Source: Syntrophales bacterium
GTDB lineage: Bacteria; Desulfobacterota; Syntrophia; Syntrophales; UBA2210
NCBI GenBank assembly: GCA_028718565.1
Contig: JAQULO010000001.1
Coordinates: 27,736-91,735, forward strand
DNA: 64,000 bases
Direction: 5' to 3'
Shown one piece after another: positions 38,040-47,445 of the stretch. The notes beneath the pieces were generated by a model, which was given only the letters and a program-made list of their open reading frames with translations, was not told the DNA's origin and searched no databases. Every line of letters starts with the position of its first letter. The stretch's first letter is position 1. The position numbers and the translations under genes are program-made.

Positions 38040-39080
38040 TTATTCATCAAGAAGCGGTTTGAGTCTCCAAATATTCGCAAAGTTATAATACCACGACTTG
38101 TTCCCCTCGGTAGCGGTTGATGCACCTGCATCGGAAGTGAAATACAAATACCCATCGGTACCCCAGTCGATGAAATTCTCATTCGTGCCACCTGTGGTCA
38201 ACTGAACGACATGCCCCCCGTCGCGTTTCATGCAATAGACATGCATTTCCCCATCTCTATCGGAAAGAAAGGCTATCCACTTGCCATCAGGTGACCATAC
38301 AGGAAAGACGTTTTTATCGGTGCCAGAAGTCAACTGCGTAACCTGGCCGCTGTTCAGATTAAACAGGAAACACTGAGACTTTTTGCCAACGGAACGATCA
38401 AAAGCTAATAGCTTCTCAGTTGGGTGCCATCTCGGAGAAGCCCCCTCGGCATAGACTGTGAAGTTGCCGCCGTTAGAATCAACTGTGCATAAATTATACG
38501 TACCGCCAAGGACGGTAAGAAAAGCAATCATGGAGCCGTCAGGACTGACATCGGGCTGACTATCGTAGTCGCCTAATGCGGAGGGACTTATGAAAGTCAT
38601 GCCGACACCACCCGCTGGCGTTCTAACCAAAACGGGCTTGCCCATTTTATAATGCTGAAAAACAAACTTGCTACAGTCTGGATATCAGGCTGCATCACTC
38701 GCATATGGCCCCGCGACAAGCTTCCTTCCTGGCTTTCCTATCTCCATCAGGACTACGCTAAAGCCTGCACTTAAATCCTTCATTGAAATTTGACCTTTTT
38801 TCTCCACCTTTGTCGTGTCAAATGTCGTATAGAGCAACCGAGAACCATCCGGGCTGAGTCGAGGCCAAAACTGTGGCGCTTGGTCGTTCGTGACCCGCGA
38901 GATTTCGAGTGTGTTTGCCGTTGCTGTCGGGGCGGGAGGTGGCTTCGGCGGCTCTGGCGCTGGCGTAGGTCGTGTATACGTGGGCTGTGGAGGTGCAGCG
39001 CAGCCCGCCATGAGTAGAGCCAGCACCATTCCGATCATTCCTATTCGTCGTATGTGTGTCATTTTCATCCCTCCCAACAA
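38040..39080 (-). pseudogene. TolB-like PD40 beta-propeller lipoprotein interrupted by an in-frame TGA
   Basis: ORFs 38685-39080 (lipobox LLMAGC, LSPDGSRLLY) and 38040-38645 (VSPDGSMIAF, WSPDGKWIAF) share a frame. They are separated only by TGA 38687-38685, in ...ASDAA-TGA-YPDCSKFVF. That is the position of the W in the WSPDG repeat. Confidence 0.6.
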
Positions 39081-39308
39081 GTTATTCTATAGTTTCCGGA
39101 TATCTCCACAACAATCTGACATCTTCAGGACACCAGACTATAACCCTTTGGCCGTATCTTTGCGGTCATAGACTGGCGGTTTCTCCCACCCCGTTATAAA
39201 TACGACGGGATGTATATAAATCTCTTGACAGGTATTCCGCAACCATTTATTCCTCTTTTTCCGGATATCATGCCAAATTAAGATTATAATGAAATGGGAG
39301 AACTCAAC

Positions 39309-39505
39309 ATGTCGGCAATCCCTTCCGCATTACAGTCCAGATTTGAGGAGCATCTAAGGATCAGGGCAATTCCGAGCAACCTGCATGAGCCGTATCAAAA
39401 GTATTCCGCTATTATCTGGACAATATCTCAACATCCTTACTGGTTTCTCAAGAGCAAGGCCGATTAACACATATACTGTCCCCGTATTTCCCTGCAAAAG
39501 CCTAA
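39309..39505 (+). pseudogene. Tyrosine-recombinase (integrase) N-terminal fragment, frameshifted and truncated
   Basis: MSAIPSALQSRFEEHLRIRAIPSNLHEPYQK, then in another frame FRYYLDNIS.... This resembles the N-terminal SAM-like domain of integron-type/phage integrases (..YQKWLRYYLDF..) as I recall them. No catalytic domain follows. Confidence 0.35.
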
Positions 39506-39594
39506 CCGGAAATTGCCGATTCTCTGCTGTTAATGTATCCCCATAGCCATGATGAGATATTTCAGGTTTGGCGTGATTTCATTTTCATGGTAGG

Positions 39595-40443
39595 GTGGTG
39601 CAGGTTTTGTGGCGGTTGCGATCTTCCGGTAGCCGTTGTTTCAAGAAAGGAAAAACCCTGTTGAAAGAGAAGCGCTCGAAATTGTACCTGCATCTTAAAA
39701 AGTGGCTCGAAAAGGCCTCGGTGGATTATGGTATGATCGGAGAGGGTGACCGGGTGCTGGTCGGTGTCTCGGGCGGGGTGGATAGCCTTGTGCTCCTTGA
39801 CCTTCTCAACACCCCCATGGTGTTTCTCCCGCGATTTTCGATCCTAGCGGTCAATATAGACATGGGGTTTGATGAAGAATACGTGGGGTACGCCACGCTG
39901 GAAAGGTACCTTAAGGAAAACGGTTACGAGTACGTTATGGAGAAGACCGATATAGGTCCCCTGGCGCACAGTGACTACAACAAAAAAAATCCCTGCTTTC
40001 TCTGTTCACGGATGAGGAGAAAGAGGATATTCGAGATAGCAAACGAAAACGGGTGCAATAAGATAGCCTTCGCGCACCACAAGGACGACATCATAGAGAC
40101 ATTGCTGATCAACATCTTCTACGGCCGGGAGATCAGCACAATGATGCCGGACCAGTCGGTGTTCGGGGGGAAGTTTCACCTTATCCGGCCCTTCGCGTAT
40201 ATCAGGGAACCTCTGATCAAGAAGTACGCAAAGGAAAGAGGTCTGCCCGTGGTAGAAAACATCTGTCCCACAAGTAAAACCTCGCGCAGGATATATATAA
40301 AGAGGCTTCTTGATGATATGGAGAGGGACAATAAGGACGTGCGCGAAAATATCTTCAAGGCTATGAGCCATGTGAAGATGGACTATCTTCCGGGACGAGA
40401 CGTGGATGATGACACACCATGCAAAATATCCGCTGAATTGTAA
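39595..40443 (+). CDS. ttcA: tRNA 2-thiocytidine(32) synthetase TtcA
   Basis: PP-loop VGVSGGVDS, Fe-S cysteines CFLCSRMRR and CPTS, and colinearity with TtcA. The start (GTG 39595) is uncertain. Confidence 0.85.
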   Translation: MVQVLWRLRSSGSRCFKKGKTLLKEKRSKLYLHLKKWLEKASVDYGMIGEGDRVLVGVSGGVDSLVLLDLLNTPMVFLPRFSILAVNIDMGFDEEYVGYATLERYLKENGYEYVMEKTDIGPLAHSDYNKKNPCFLCSRMRRKRIFEIANENGCNKIAFAHHKDDIIETLLINIFYGREISTMMPDQSVFGGKFHLIRPFAYIREPLIKKYAKERGLPVVENICPTSKTSRRIYIKRLLDDMERDNKDVRENIFKAMSHVKMDYLPGRDVDDDTPCKISAEL

Positions 40444-40452
40444 GGGTTAATA

Positions 40453-40932
40453 ATGGCAAAGCAGAATAAGCCCACAGAGAAAATCATATGCCAGAACAAA
40501 CTGGCACGTCGTAACTACTTCATAGAAGACACTTATGAGGCGGGAATTGTCCTTGCCGGGACCGAGGTGAAGGCGCTTCGCGAAGGCAGGGGAAACATGA
40601 AGGACAGCTACGCCCAGGTTAAGAACGGGGAGGTGTTTGTCTACGATCTGCACATAAGCCCCTATTCCCACGGCAACCGCTCCAATCACAGTGCGCTGAG
40701 GATTCGCAAACTGTTGCTGCATAAACAAGAAATAAAGAAACTCTATGGGAAATCAAACGAGAAAGGACTTACCCTCGTTCCACTGAGACTGTATTTCAAG
40801 AACGGAAAGGTGAAGGTGGAGATCGGTGTCGGAAAGGGCAAAAAGCTGTATGACAAGAGGGATGATATCAGGCAAAGAGACGATATGAGATATGCAGAGA
40901 GGGACATGAGCTCACGGAACAGGGGCTTATAA
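40453..40932 (+). CDS. smpB: SsrA-binding protein
   Basis: 159 aa with [25 protein letters not shown] and LLLHKQEI. Confidence 0.95.
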   Translation: MAKQNKPTEKIICQNKLARRNYFIEDTYEAGIVLAGTEVKALREGRGNMKDSYAQVKNGEVFVYDLHISPYSHGNRSNHSALRIRKLLLHKQEIKKLYGKSNEKGLTLVPLRLYFKNGKVKVEIGVGKGKKLYDKRDDIRQRDDMRYAERDMSSRNRGL

Positions 40933-40998
40933 CGAATCGAGCCAGCCAGTTCTTTGAGGTGTTGACTTTTTTGAAGGGGAAGGATAATCTGCGGGAAA

Positions 40999-42363
40999 TT
41001 GAAGGGTTTGGTTGCTTCCCCCTCCCGTTGGGGCGAAAGACCTGCGGTCGAGGATATCAAGGTTGACCCTACATGCGAGAGATTATTAAAAACATTGGAA
41101 TACGAACTTACCTTTAAGCTCATCTTATTGGTTATCCTGATCGTCCTGTCGGCATTCTTTTCCGGTTCCGAGGCGTCAATATTTTTTCTTACCCCCCTTC
41201 ATCTCCACAAGATGAAGGAGGAAAGGATTCCTTTTACGGCCTCCGTACTGAAACTCCTCGGGCGCCCCCGGAGACTTCTCGTCACCATTCTTACAGGGAA
41301 TGAGTCCGTCAATATCGCCATCGCCGCCCTGATGACGTCCGTCTCTATCTACTTCTTCGGAACAGAGGGCAAATGGATTGCAATAGCCGTTGCAAGTATC
41401 ACCCTTATTATCTTTGGCGACGCGATACCAAAGAACTTTGCGATCGTCCATCCCATGAGGGTTTCCAGTGCCGTTGCGCTGCCGCTGGTTTTTTTAATCT
41501 GGCTGCTGCGCCCGGTGGTCTGGTTCCTCGAAAAAATATCGGATCTGTTTATATTACTCTTCAGCAAGGATAGACGGACGGAGGACGAAGCGCTGACCGA
41601 AGACACATTTAAGGCGCTGGTTGACGCAGGCCATCAGGAGGGCGCGCTGGAAGAATCCCAGAAGGACCTGATCCACAAGGTGTTTAAACTTGCCGACACA
41701 AGGGTGTCGGATATCATGATACCGAGAGTCGATATGTTTTGCCTCCCGGTATCCATGAATATACGAGAAATAGAACGGGACATCATACGGGAACGCGTAG
41801 CCCGGATACCCATCTATGGAACGGACAGGGACAACATCCTGGGTCTTCTGCACGCCAAACACCTTTTGGCTGAAGTGGCCAAGGGACAGAAGAGGGGTGG
41901 CTGGCAGCATCTGATCACGAAGCCCTACTTCGTTCCTATGGAAAAGAGGGCGGACCAGATGCTCAGAGATTTTCAGAGAAGAAGCCTTCAGATGGCCATC
42001 GTGGTTGACGAGTATGGGGGAGTAGCCGGACTGGTAACCCTGTATGATATTCTCAGGAATCTCTTCTTTGATATCTATGAAAAAAATGGTGATACCCGGG
42101 AGATGTTTCGCCGGATCAGCGAAGATACCCTTATCGTCTCCAGCATGATGGACATTGAGGATTTCAGCAAGCTTGTAGATATTCCGATTGCAACGGAGGA
42201 GTTTGACACGGCGGGAGGGTTCGTATTTCACCTGTTTGGAAAACTGCCGGCGGAGGGTGAGGCAATATCGGTGGGAAGCTACACCTTCACGGTGGAAACA
42301 ATAGACAAGGCGAGGATACTGAGCGTACGCATCACGAAGAGGGAGGGCCCGCAGGATGACTGA
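40999..42363 (+). CDS. Hemolysin-family membrane protein (DUF21/CNNM + CBS pair + CorC_HlyC)
   Basis: N-terminal TM domain (FFSGSEAS), a CBS pair and a C-terminal CorC transporter-associated domain. The true start is probably the in-frame TTG at 41095. Confidence 0.85.
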   Translation: MKGLVASPSRWGERPAVEDIKVDPTCERLLKTLEYELTFKLILLVILIVLSAFFSGSEASIFFLTPLHLHKMKEERIPFTASVLKLLGRPRRLLVTILTGNESVNIAIAALMTSVSIYFFGTEGKWIAIAVASITLIIFGDAIPKNFAIVHPMRVSSAVALPLVFLIWLLRPVVWFLEKISDLFILLFSKDRRTEDEALTEDTFKALVDAGHQEGALEESQKDLIHKVFKLADTRVSDIMIPRVDMFCLPVSMNIREIERDIIRERVARIPIYGTDRDNILGLLHAKHLLAEVAKGQKRGGWQHLITKPYFVPMEKRADQMLRDFQRRSLQMAIVVDEYGGVAGLVTLYDILRNLFFDIYEKNGDTREMFRRISEDTLIVSSMMDIEDFSKLVDIPIATEEFDTAGGFVFHLFGKLPAEGEAISVGSYTFTVETIDKARILSVRITKREGPQDD

Positions 42364-43648
42364 TCTCCTGCTTCTCCTCCCCATTTTCGTATTCCTCCTC
42401 TTGGAAGGGCTCTTCTCCGGGGGAGAGATCTCCCTGGTAGCCTGCGATATCAACATCATGAGGCGCAAGGCAAAAAAGGGATCACGTTCCGCAGCCATGG
42501 CGTTGAAGCTGATGGAAACGCCGGAATGGTTTCTAGCCACTACACTGACCGGCACGAATCTCTGCGCCGTCAGTAACACCGCTCTCACCACGGCTCTGTT
42601 TATATCCATGTTCGGACCCGAAACGGGTGCGCTCCTCGCCGTCGTCGTTATGGTACCCCTCATCCTGATAGTGGGGGAGGTGATACCGAAAAGCCTCTTT
42701 CAGCAGAACGCGGATCGCATGGCACCTAAAATTTCCTGGTTTTTATGGATCGCCTCGTGGATTTTGTATCCCGTTGTATTTATGCTCTCAAGAATCTCTC
42801 GAAGGGTCCTTTCCGCGTTCTCGGGGAACAAGGATCTCGCGTATGCTTCTTACATCACAAAGCACGGACTGGAATCACTCCTGCGGGACGGGAAAAGCGG
42901 GGATATCATGAAGTCGGAAAAAGAGATGATACAGAGGATCTTCGATTTTTCCGACTCCACGGCCGGTCAGATCATGGTCCCCCTCTCCAATCTAACCGTT
43001 GTGTCGGCACAGATGACCATCAATGAGGCCACCCCCATTATTATCGACAAAGGGTATTCTCAGATACCGGTGTATAGCGATCAAACATTTAATATTATTG
43101 GGATATTATATTCTTTTGATATCCTGGAGGCCCTCTCCAAAAAAGATCAGGGACTCTTCTCTCCCGAAGAAATCCATGTTGAAAATTATACGAAAAAAGC
43201 TGTTCTGTACATACCTGAAACGAAACTGGCAAAGGACCTTTTCTTTGAACTACAGGACAGAGGAGAGCATATGGCCGTCATCGTTGATGAATATGGCGGG
43301 GCTGTGGGCATTGTCACCATCGAAGACATCTTGGAAGAGATCGTCGGTGAAATTGAAGACGAATACCACAGTGACGGCACTACGTTGTATAGAAAGGTCG
43401 GGCCGGGGAGATATCTCTTTGACGCGCAGGCAAAGATAGACACCGTCCGCAGTCTCCTGCCCGTTGCAATTCCCTTGGGAGACTATGAAACACTCGGCGG
43501 GTTTCTGCTGTACAAGATGGGACGAATCCCCAAGAGAAGGGATATCTTCAGGCATGATACGATGACCTTTGTCATCGAGGATGCCGACATGAAGATGATC
43601 CGTGAAGTGCTGGTCGTCCTCCCTCCCGGCATGGACTTGATCAGGTAG
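42356..43648 (+). CDS. Hemolysin-family membrane protein (DUF21/CNNM + CBS pair + CorC_HlyC), paralog
   Basis: Same architecture as the upstream gene (LFSGGEISL ... CBS pair ... CorC). It overlaps that gene by 8 nt. Confidence 0.85.
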   Translation: MTDLLLLLPIFVFLLLEGLFSGGEISLVACDINIMRRKAKKGSRSAAMALKLMETPEWFLATTLTGTNLCAVSNTALTTALFISMFGPETGALLAVVVMVPLILIVGEVIPKSLFQQNADRMAPKISWFLWIASWILYPVVFMLSRISRRVLSAFSGNKDLAYASYITKHGLESLLRDGKSGDIMKSEKEMIQRIFDFSDSTAGQIMVPLSNLTVVSAQMTINEATPIIIDKGYSQIPVYSDQTFNIIGILYSFDILEALSKKDQGLFSPEEIHVENYTKKAVLYIPETKLAKDLFFELQDRGEHMAVIVDEYGGAVGIVTIEDILEEIVGEIEDEYHSDGTTLYRKVGPGRYLFDAQAKIDTVRSLLPVAIPLGDYETLGGFLLYKMGRIPKRRDIFRHDTMTFVIEDADMKMIREVLVVLPPGMDLIR

Positions 43649-43662
43649 AAAGGAATCGTCAC

Positions 43663-44427
43663 ATGATACACAGGAAACGGGGAAGGCTGGCCGCCATTAT
43701 CCTGGCAGCCGGTAAGGGAACACGAATGAAGTCCGATCTAACTAAGGTCCTGCATCCCCTCTGCGGAAGATCCATGGTATGGTACGTGACAGCGCTTGCG
43801 CGAAAGCTTGGCGCAGAAAAAACCGTCATGGTTGTGGGGCATCAGGCTGCCCTGGTTATGGAGGCGATGACCGGAGAGGACCTTACCTATGCCGTTCAGG
43901 AAGAGCAGTTGGGCTCCGCCCACGCCGTCCTTCAGGCGGGCAACGCACTTCATGGCTTCGATGGAGACGTGCTGATACTGTGTGGTGATGTTCCCCTGCT
44001 TCTTCCCGCCACCATAGAGGCCCTGCTGGAAAACCACCGTTCAAACAAAGATGCCATCACCGTGATGACCGCTCTCCTCAATGACCCCGGCAGTTATGGA
44101 AGGGTGGTAAAGAATGAGGCTGGAGAGGTCCTGAAGATCGTCGAGGCACGTGATGCCAATGAAGAGGAAAAGGCGATCAGGGAGATCAACACAGGCATAT
44201 ACTGCGCCCGCAGCGACTTCCTCTTTGAGGCTGTGCGGAAGATAGGCAACACAAACTCCCAGGGGGAATACTACTTTACCGATATCTTCGAGATCGCCCG
44301 CAGACAGCAGCGCAGGACCGGGTCATTCGTACTGCGCGATCCCTCCGAGGCCATGGGAATCAACACCGTCGCTGACTTGGAGGTCGCGGAGAGGATCATG
44401 AAAACCAGATACCAACGTTCAGTGTAA
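43663..44427 (+). CDS. GlmU-like N-acetylglucosamine-1-phosphate uridyltransferase domain only (no LbH acetyltransferase domain)
   Basis: AAIILAAGKGTRMKSDLTKVLHPL, QEEQLGSAHAV, LCGDVPLL and NTGIYC...EYYFTDI are colinear with GlmU residues 1 to about 250. A stop codon lies where the left-handed beta-helix domain would begin. Confidence 0.8.
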   Translation: MIHRKRGRLAAIILAAGKGTRMKSDLTKVLHPLCGRSMVWYVTALARKLGAEKTVMVVGHQAALVMEAMTGEDLTYAVQEEQLGSAHAVLQAGNALHGFDGDVLILCGDVPLLLPATIEALLENHRSNKDAITVMTALLNDPGSYGRVVKNEAGEVLKIVEARDANEEEKAIREINTGIYCARSDFLFEAVRKIGNTNSQGEYYFTDIFEIARRQQRRTGSFVLRDPSEAMGINTVADLEVAERIMKTRYQRSV

Positions 44428-44575
44428 CGGAACGGAAGGGATGCACCGCGAATCCCATTTATGGGAAGTGAAAGATTGTCCCTCTATGACGCACTTTGCG
44501 ATTGACTTCAAAAGACGAAATTGTTAGAAAAACGGGTTCTGAAAATTTAAAATGCTCTTCGTGAGGAGGATTGCC

Positions 44576-46981
44576 ATGGAAACCAAGAAGCTTGTGCTCT
44601 GGTTTAATGAAATAGAGTTGGATGATATTCCACAGGTTGGTGGGAAGAATGCGTCTCTGGGTGAAATGATACGCGAGCTTACGGGCGAGGGAGTCAATAT
44701 CCCGGACGGCTTTGCCGTGACCGCCGATGCGTACCGGTATCTTCTGGAATCTTCCGGGATACGGGACGAAATGGAGCATATCCTTTCCGATCTGGATACG
44801 CACGACATGCACAACCTTAGCAAAAAAGGTAAAAAGATACGATCCCTTATCTATGATTCTGAGGTTCCGGAGGATCTCAACCAGGCAATCCTTGACGCCT
44901 ACGGGAAACTCTGCGAGGAGTACGGGGAGGATACCGACGTGGCCGTTCGATCTTCCGCGACGGCGGAAGACCTGCCCGATGCGAGTTTTGCCGGACAGCA
45001 GGAGACATACTTGAACATCAGGGGCAAGGATGCCCTGCTGGATGCATGCAAGAGGTGCTTCGCCTCTCTCTTTACTAACAGGGCCATTTCATACCGGGAA
45101 GACAAGAGCTTTGATCATATGTCGATCGCGCTCTCCATCGGCGTCCAGAAGATGGTGCGGTCCGATCTTGCGGCCTCCGGCGTTATCTTCTCCATCGATA
45201 CCGAATCGGGGTTCAGGGACGCCGTCCTGCTCACTGGTTCGTACGGCCTTGGTGAGATGGTTGTCCAGGGCACGGTCAATCCCGATGAATTTTATGTGTT
45301 CAAACCAACCCTTAAAACGGGACACAAGCCGATCCTCCAGAAGAAACTGGGAACAAAAGAGGTCAAGATGATCTACGCATCAGGGGAAAAAGACCCTGTA
45401 AAGATTGTCCCGGTGGCGGAAGAGGAGCGAAAACAATTCTGTATCACAGAGGAAGAGATCCTGACGCTTGCACGGTGGACGGCTATTATAGAAGACCACT
45501 ACTCCAAAAAGGCCGGATATTTCAAACCCATGGATATCGAGTGGGGCAAAGATGGAAATACCGGCAAACTATTCATCCTGCAGGCCCGGCCCGAAACCGT
45601 TCAGTCCCAGAGGGATGTCAATGTCCTGGAAAGTTACAAACTTGCTGAAACGGGAAAGCTCCTCGTTACGGGAACGGCGGTCGGATCAAAGATCGGCGCC
45701 GGTCCGGCGCATGTTATAGAAAGCGCCAACGACATCAAAGATTTCAAGAAGGGAGAGATCCTGATCACCGATATGACCGACCCCGATTGGGAACCCATCA
45801 TGAAGAACGCCACCGCTATCATAACGAACAAGGGTGGACGTACCTGCCACGCCGCCATTATCAGTAGAGAACTTGGTGTTCCCTGTATAGTGGGCACGGG
45901 AGACGGGACCAAGAAGCTGAAGGGTGTCAAAGAGGTAACGGCATCGTGTTCCGAAGGCGAGGTGGGGAATGTCTATGAAGGCCTCTTGAAGTACGATGTC
46001 AAGAAGATAAACCTGGAAAGCCTGGAACGCCCCAAGACCAAGATCATGATGAATGTCGGTAATCCCGAGCTCGCCTTTGACGTGGCATCAATTCCCAACG
46101 ACGGAGTGGGACTGGCGCGTCTGGAATTTATCATAAGCAATTTTATACAGATACACCCGATGGCCCTGTTACAGTTTGACACGTTGGAGGATAAAGAGAC
46201 CAAAAAGGCCATAGAGGACCTCACGCTGGGGTACGAAAACAAGACTGATTTCTTCGTGGACAAGCTGGCGCAGGGGGTGGCGAAGATAGGCGCCGCCTTC
46301 TATCCCAATGATGTCATCGTCAGAATGAGCGATTTCAAAAGCAATGAGTACGCCAACCTGATCGGTGGTCCGCTCTTCGAAGTCGAAGAGGAAAACCCCA
46401 TGATAGGATTCCGGGGCGCGTCGCGGTATTATGACGATCGCTACAGGGACGGGTTTAACCTTGAATGTGAGGCGATGCTCAAAGTGCGCAACGAGATGGG
46501 GCTCTCCAACGTTAAGCTGATGATCCCCTTCTGTAGAACCGTAGATGAGGCCAAAAAGGTTGTCGCTATCATGGCGCAAAATGGCCTTATCCAAGGAGAA
46601 AATGGCCTTGAGTTGTACATGATGGTCGAGATTCCCAGTAACGTCATCCTGCTAGAGGAGTTCGGCAAAATCTTCGACGGATTCTCCATCGGATCAAACG
46701 ACCTGACCCAGCTAACACTTGGGCTCGACAGGGATTCCGCCCTGATAGCCCATATTTTTGATGAGCGAAATGATGCCGTTACCAGCCTCATACGGGACGC
46801 AATCACCAAGGCAAACAAGATAGGGAAGAAGATTGGTATCTGTGGACAGGCCCCGAGTGATTACCCCGAGTTTGCCGAGTTTCTGGTCGAATGCGGGATC
46901 AACAGCATCTCTCTCATCTCCGACACCGTTATTGAAGCAACACTGAACGTACTGAAGACAGAAAAGGCACTGGGTAAGTAG
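44576..46981 (+). CDS. ppsA: Phosphoenolpyruvate synthase
   Basis: ATP-grasp N-terminus (VGGKNASLGEM), phosphohistidine swivel (GGRTCHAAIISRELG) and a PEP-utilising C-terminus (GSNDLTQ, GICGQAP). Start at METKK (44576). Confidence 0.96.
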   Translation: METKKLVLWFNEIELDDIPQVGGKNASLGEMIRELTGEGVNIPDGFAVTADAYRYLLESSGIRDEMEHILSDLDTHDMHNLSKKGKKIRSLIYDSEVPEDLNQAILDAYGKLCEEYGEDTDVAVRSSATAEDLPDASFAGQQETYLNIRGKDALLDACKRCFASLFTNRAISYREDKSFDHMSIALSIGVQKMVRSDLAASGVIFSIDTESGFRDAVLLTGSYGLGEMVVQGTVNPDEFYVFKPTLKTGHKPILQKKLGTKEVKMIYASGEKDPVKIVPVAEEERKQFCITEEEILTLARWTAIIEDHYSKKAGYFKPMDIEWGKDGNTGKLFILQARPETVQSQRDVNVLESYKLAETGKLLVTGTAVGSKIGAGPAHVIESANDIKDFKKGEILITDMTDPDWEPIMKNATAIITNKGGRTCHAAIISRELGVPCIVGTGDGTKKLKGVKEVTASCSEGEVGNVYEGLLKYDVKKINLESLERPKTKIMMNVGNPELAFDVASIPNDGVGLARLEFIISNFIQIHPMALLQFDTLEDKETKKAIEDLTLGYENKTDFFVDKLAQGVAKIGAAFYPNDVIVRMSDFKSNEYANLIGGPLFEVEEENPMIGFRGASRYYDDRYRDGFNLECEAMLKVRNEMGLSNVKLMIPFCRTVDEAKKVVAIMAQNGLIQGENGLELYMMVEIPSNVILLEEFGKIFDGFSIGSNDLTQLTLGLDRDSALIAHIFDERNDAVTSLIRDAITKANKIGKKIGICGQAPSDYPEFAEFLVECGINSISLISDTVIEATLNVLKTEKALGK

Positions 46982-47002
46982 CCGAAGCCCCCGAACAAAA
47001 TA

Positions 47003-47041
47003 AAAAGGATATGCGGCTTTTTAGCCGCATATCCTTTTTTA
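47003..47041. terminator. Bidirectional rho-independent terminator between ppsA and rnpB
   Basis: AAGGATATGCGGC-ttttta-GCCGCATATCCTT, a 13-bp stem flanked by an A-run upstream and a T-run downstream. Confidence 0.85.
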
Positions 47042-47050
47042 ATGTGCGTC

Positions 47051-47422
47051 AGAGTAGATCTATAAGCCGAGTTCTGTTCCTCTTCCCGGTTTCCCTGAAA
47101 GAGTGATGATCATTCATCTGGGACAGCAGTTGCCTGCTGCCTCAAGCAACCTACCCGGAAACTTCGGACGGGCCGCCCTCAAACGTTTCCCTATTTGGTC
47201 TTGCTCCGGATGGGGTTTACCAAGCTTTCCCGGTCACCCGGGAAACTGGTGAGCTCTTACCTCGCCTTTTCACCCTTACCCCGAAAAAAATCGGGGCGGT
47301 ATATTTTCTGTGGCACTTTCCTTAGGGTCGCCCCCAGTCGCCGTTAGCGACCATCCAGCCCTGTGGAGCTCGGACTTTCCTCCGGCCCGCTGGCGCGGAC
47401 CCGCGATCATCCGATCTGCTCT
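47051..47422 (-). ncRNA. rnpB: RNase P RNA, bacterial type A
   Basis: The reverse complement contains universally conserved blocks: GGAGGAAAGTCCGAGCTCCACAGGGC, GTAAGGGTGAAAAGG, GGTAAGAGCTCACCAG, GGTAAACCCCATCCGGAGCAAGACCAAATAGG, CAGATGAATGATCATC and ACAGAACTCGGCTTAT. P1 pairing defines the ends. Confidence 0.93.
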
Positions 47423-47445
47423 GACATGCCGTGTGTAACATACTT

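Noticed and set aside
38685-38687. Selenocysteine at the TGA inside the TolB-like gene
   Set aside because: The codon aligns with the Trp of the WSPDG-type PD40 repeat (TGG->TGA is one transition). PD40 propellers are not redox proteins. No hairpin lies at the distance seen for the two credible Sec sites. It is kept only as a low-probability alternative.
41554-42663. 369-aa minus-strand ORF
   Set aside because: It is entirely antisense to the two DUF21-CBS-CorC genes. Its composition is low-complexity and Arg/Ser/Pro-rich, with no recognisable motifs. This is a typical shadow ORF in GC-rich coding sequence.
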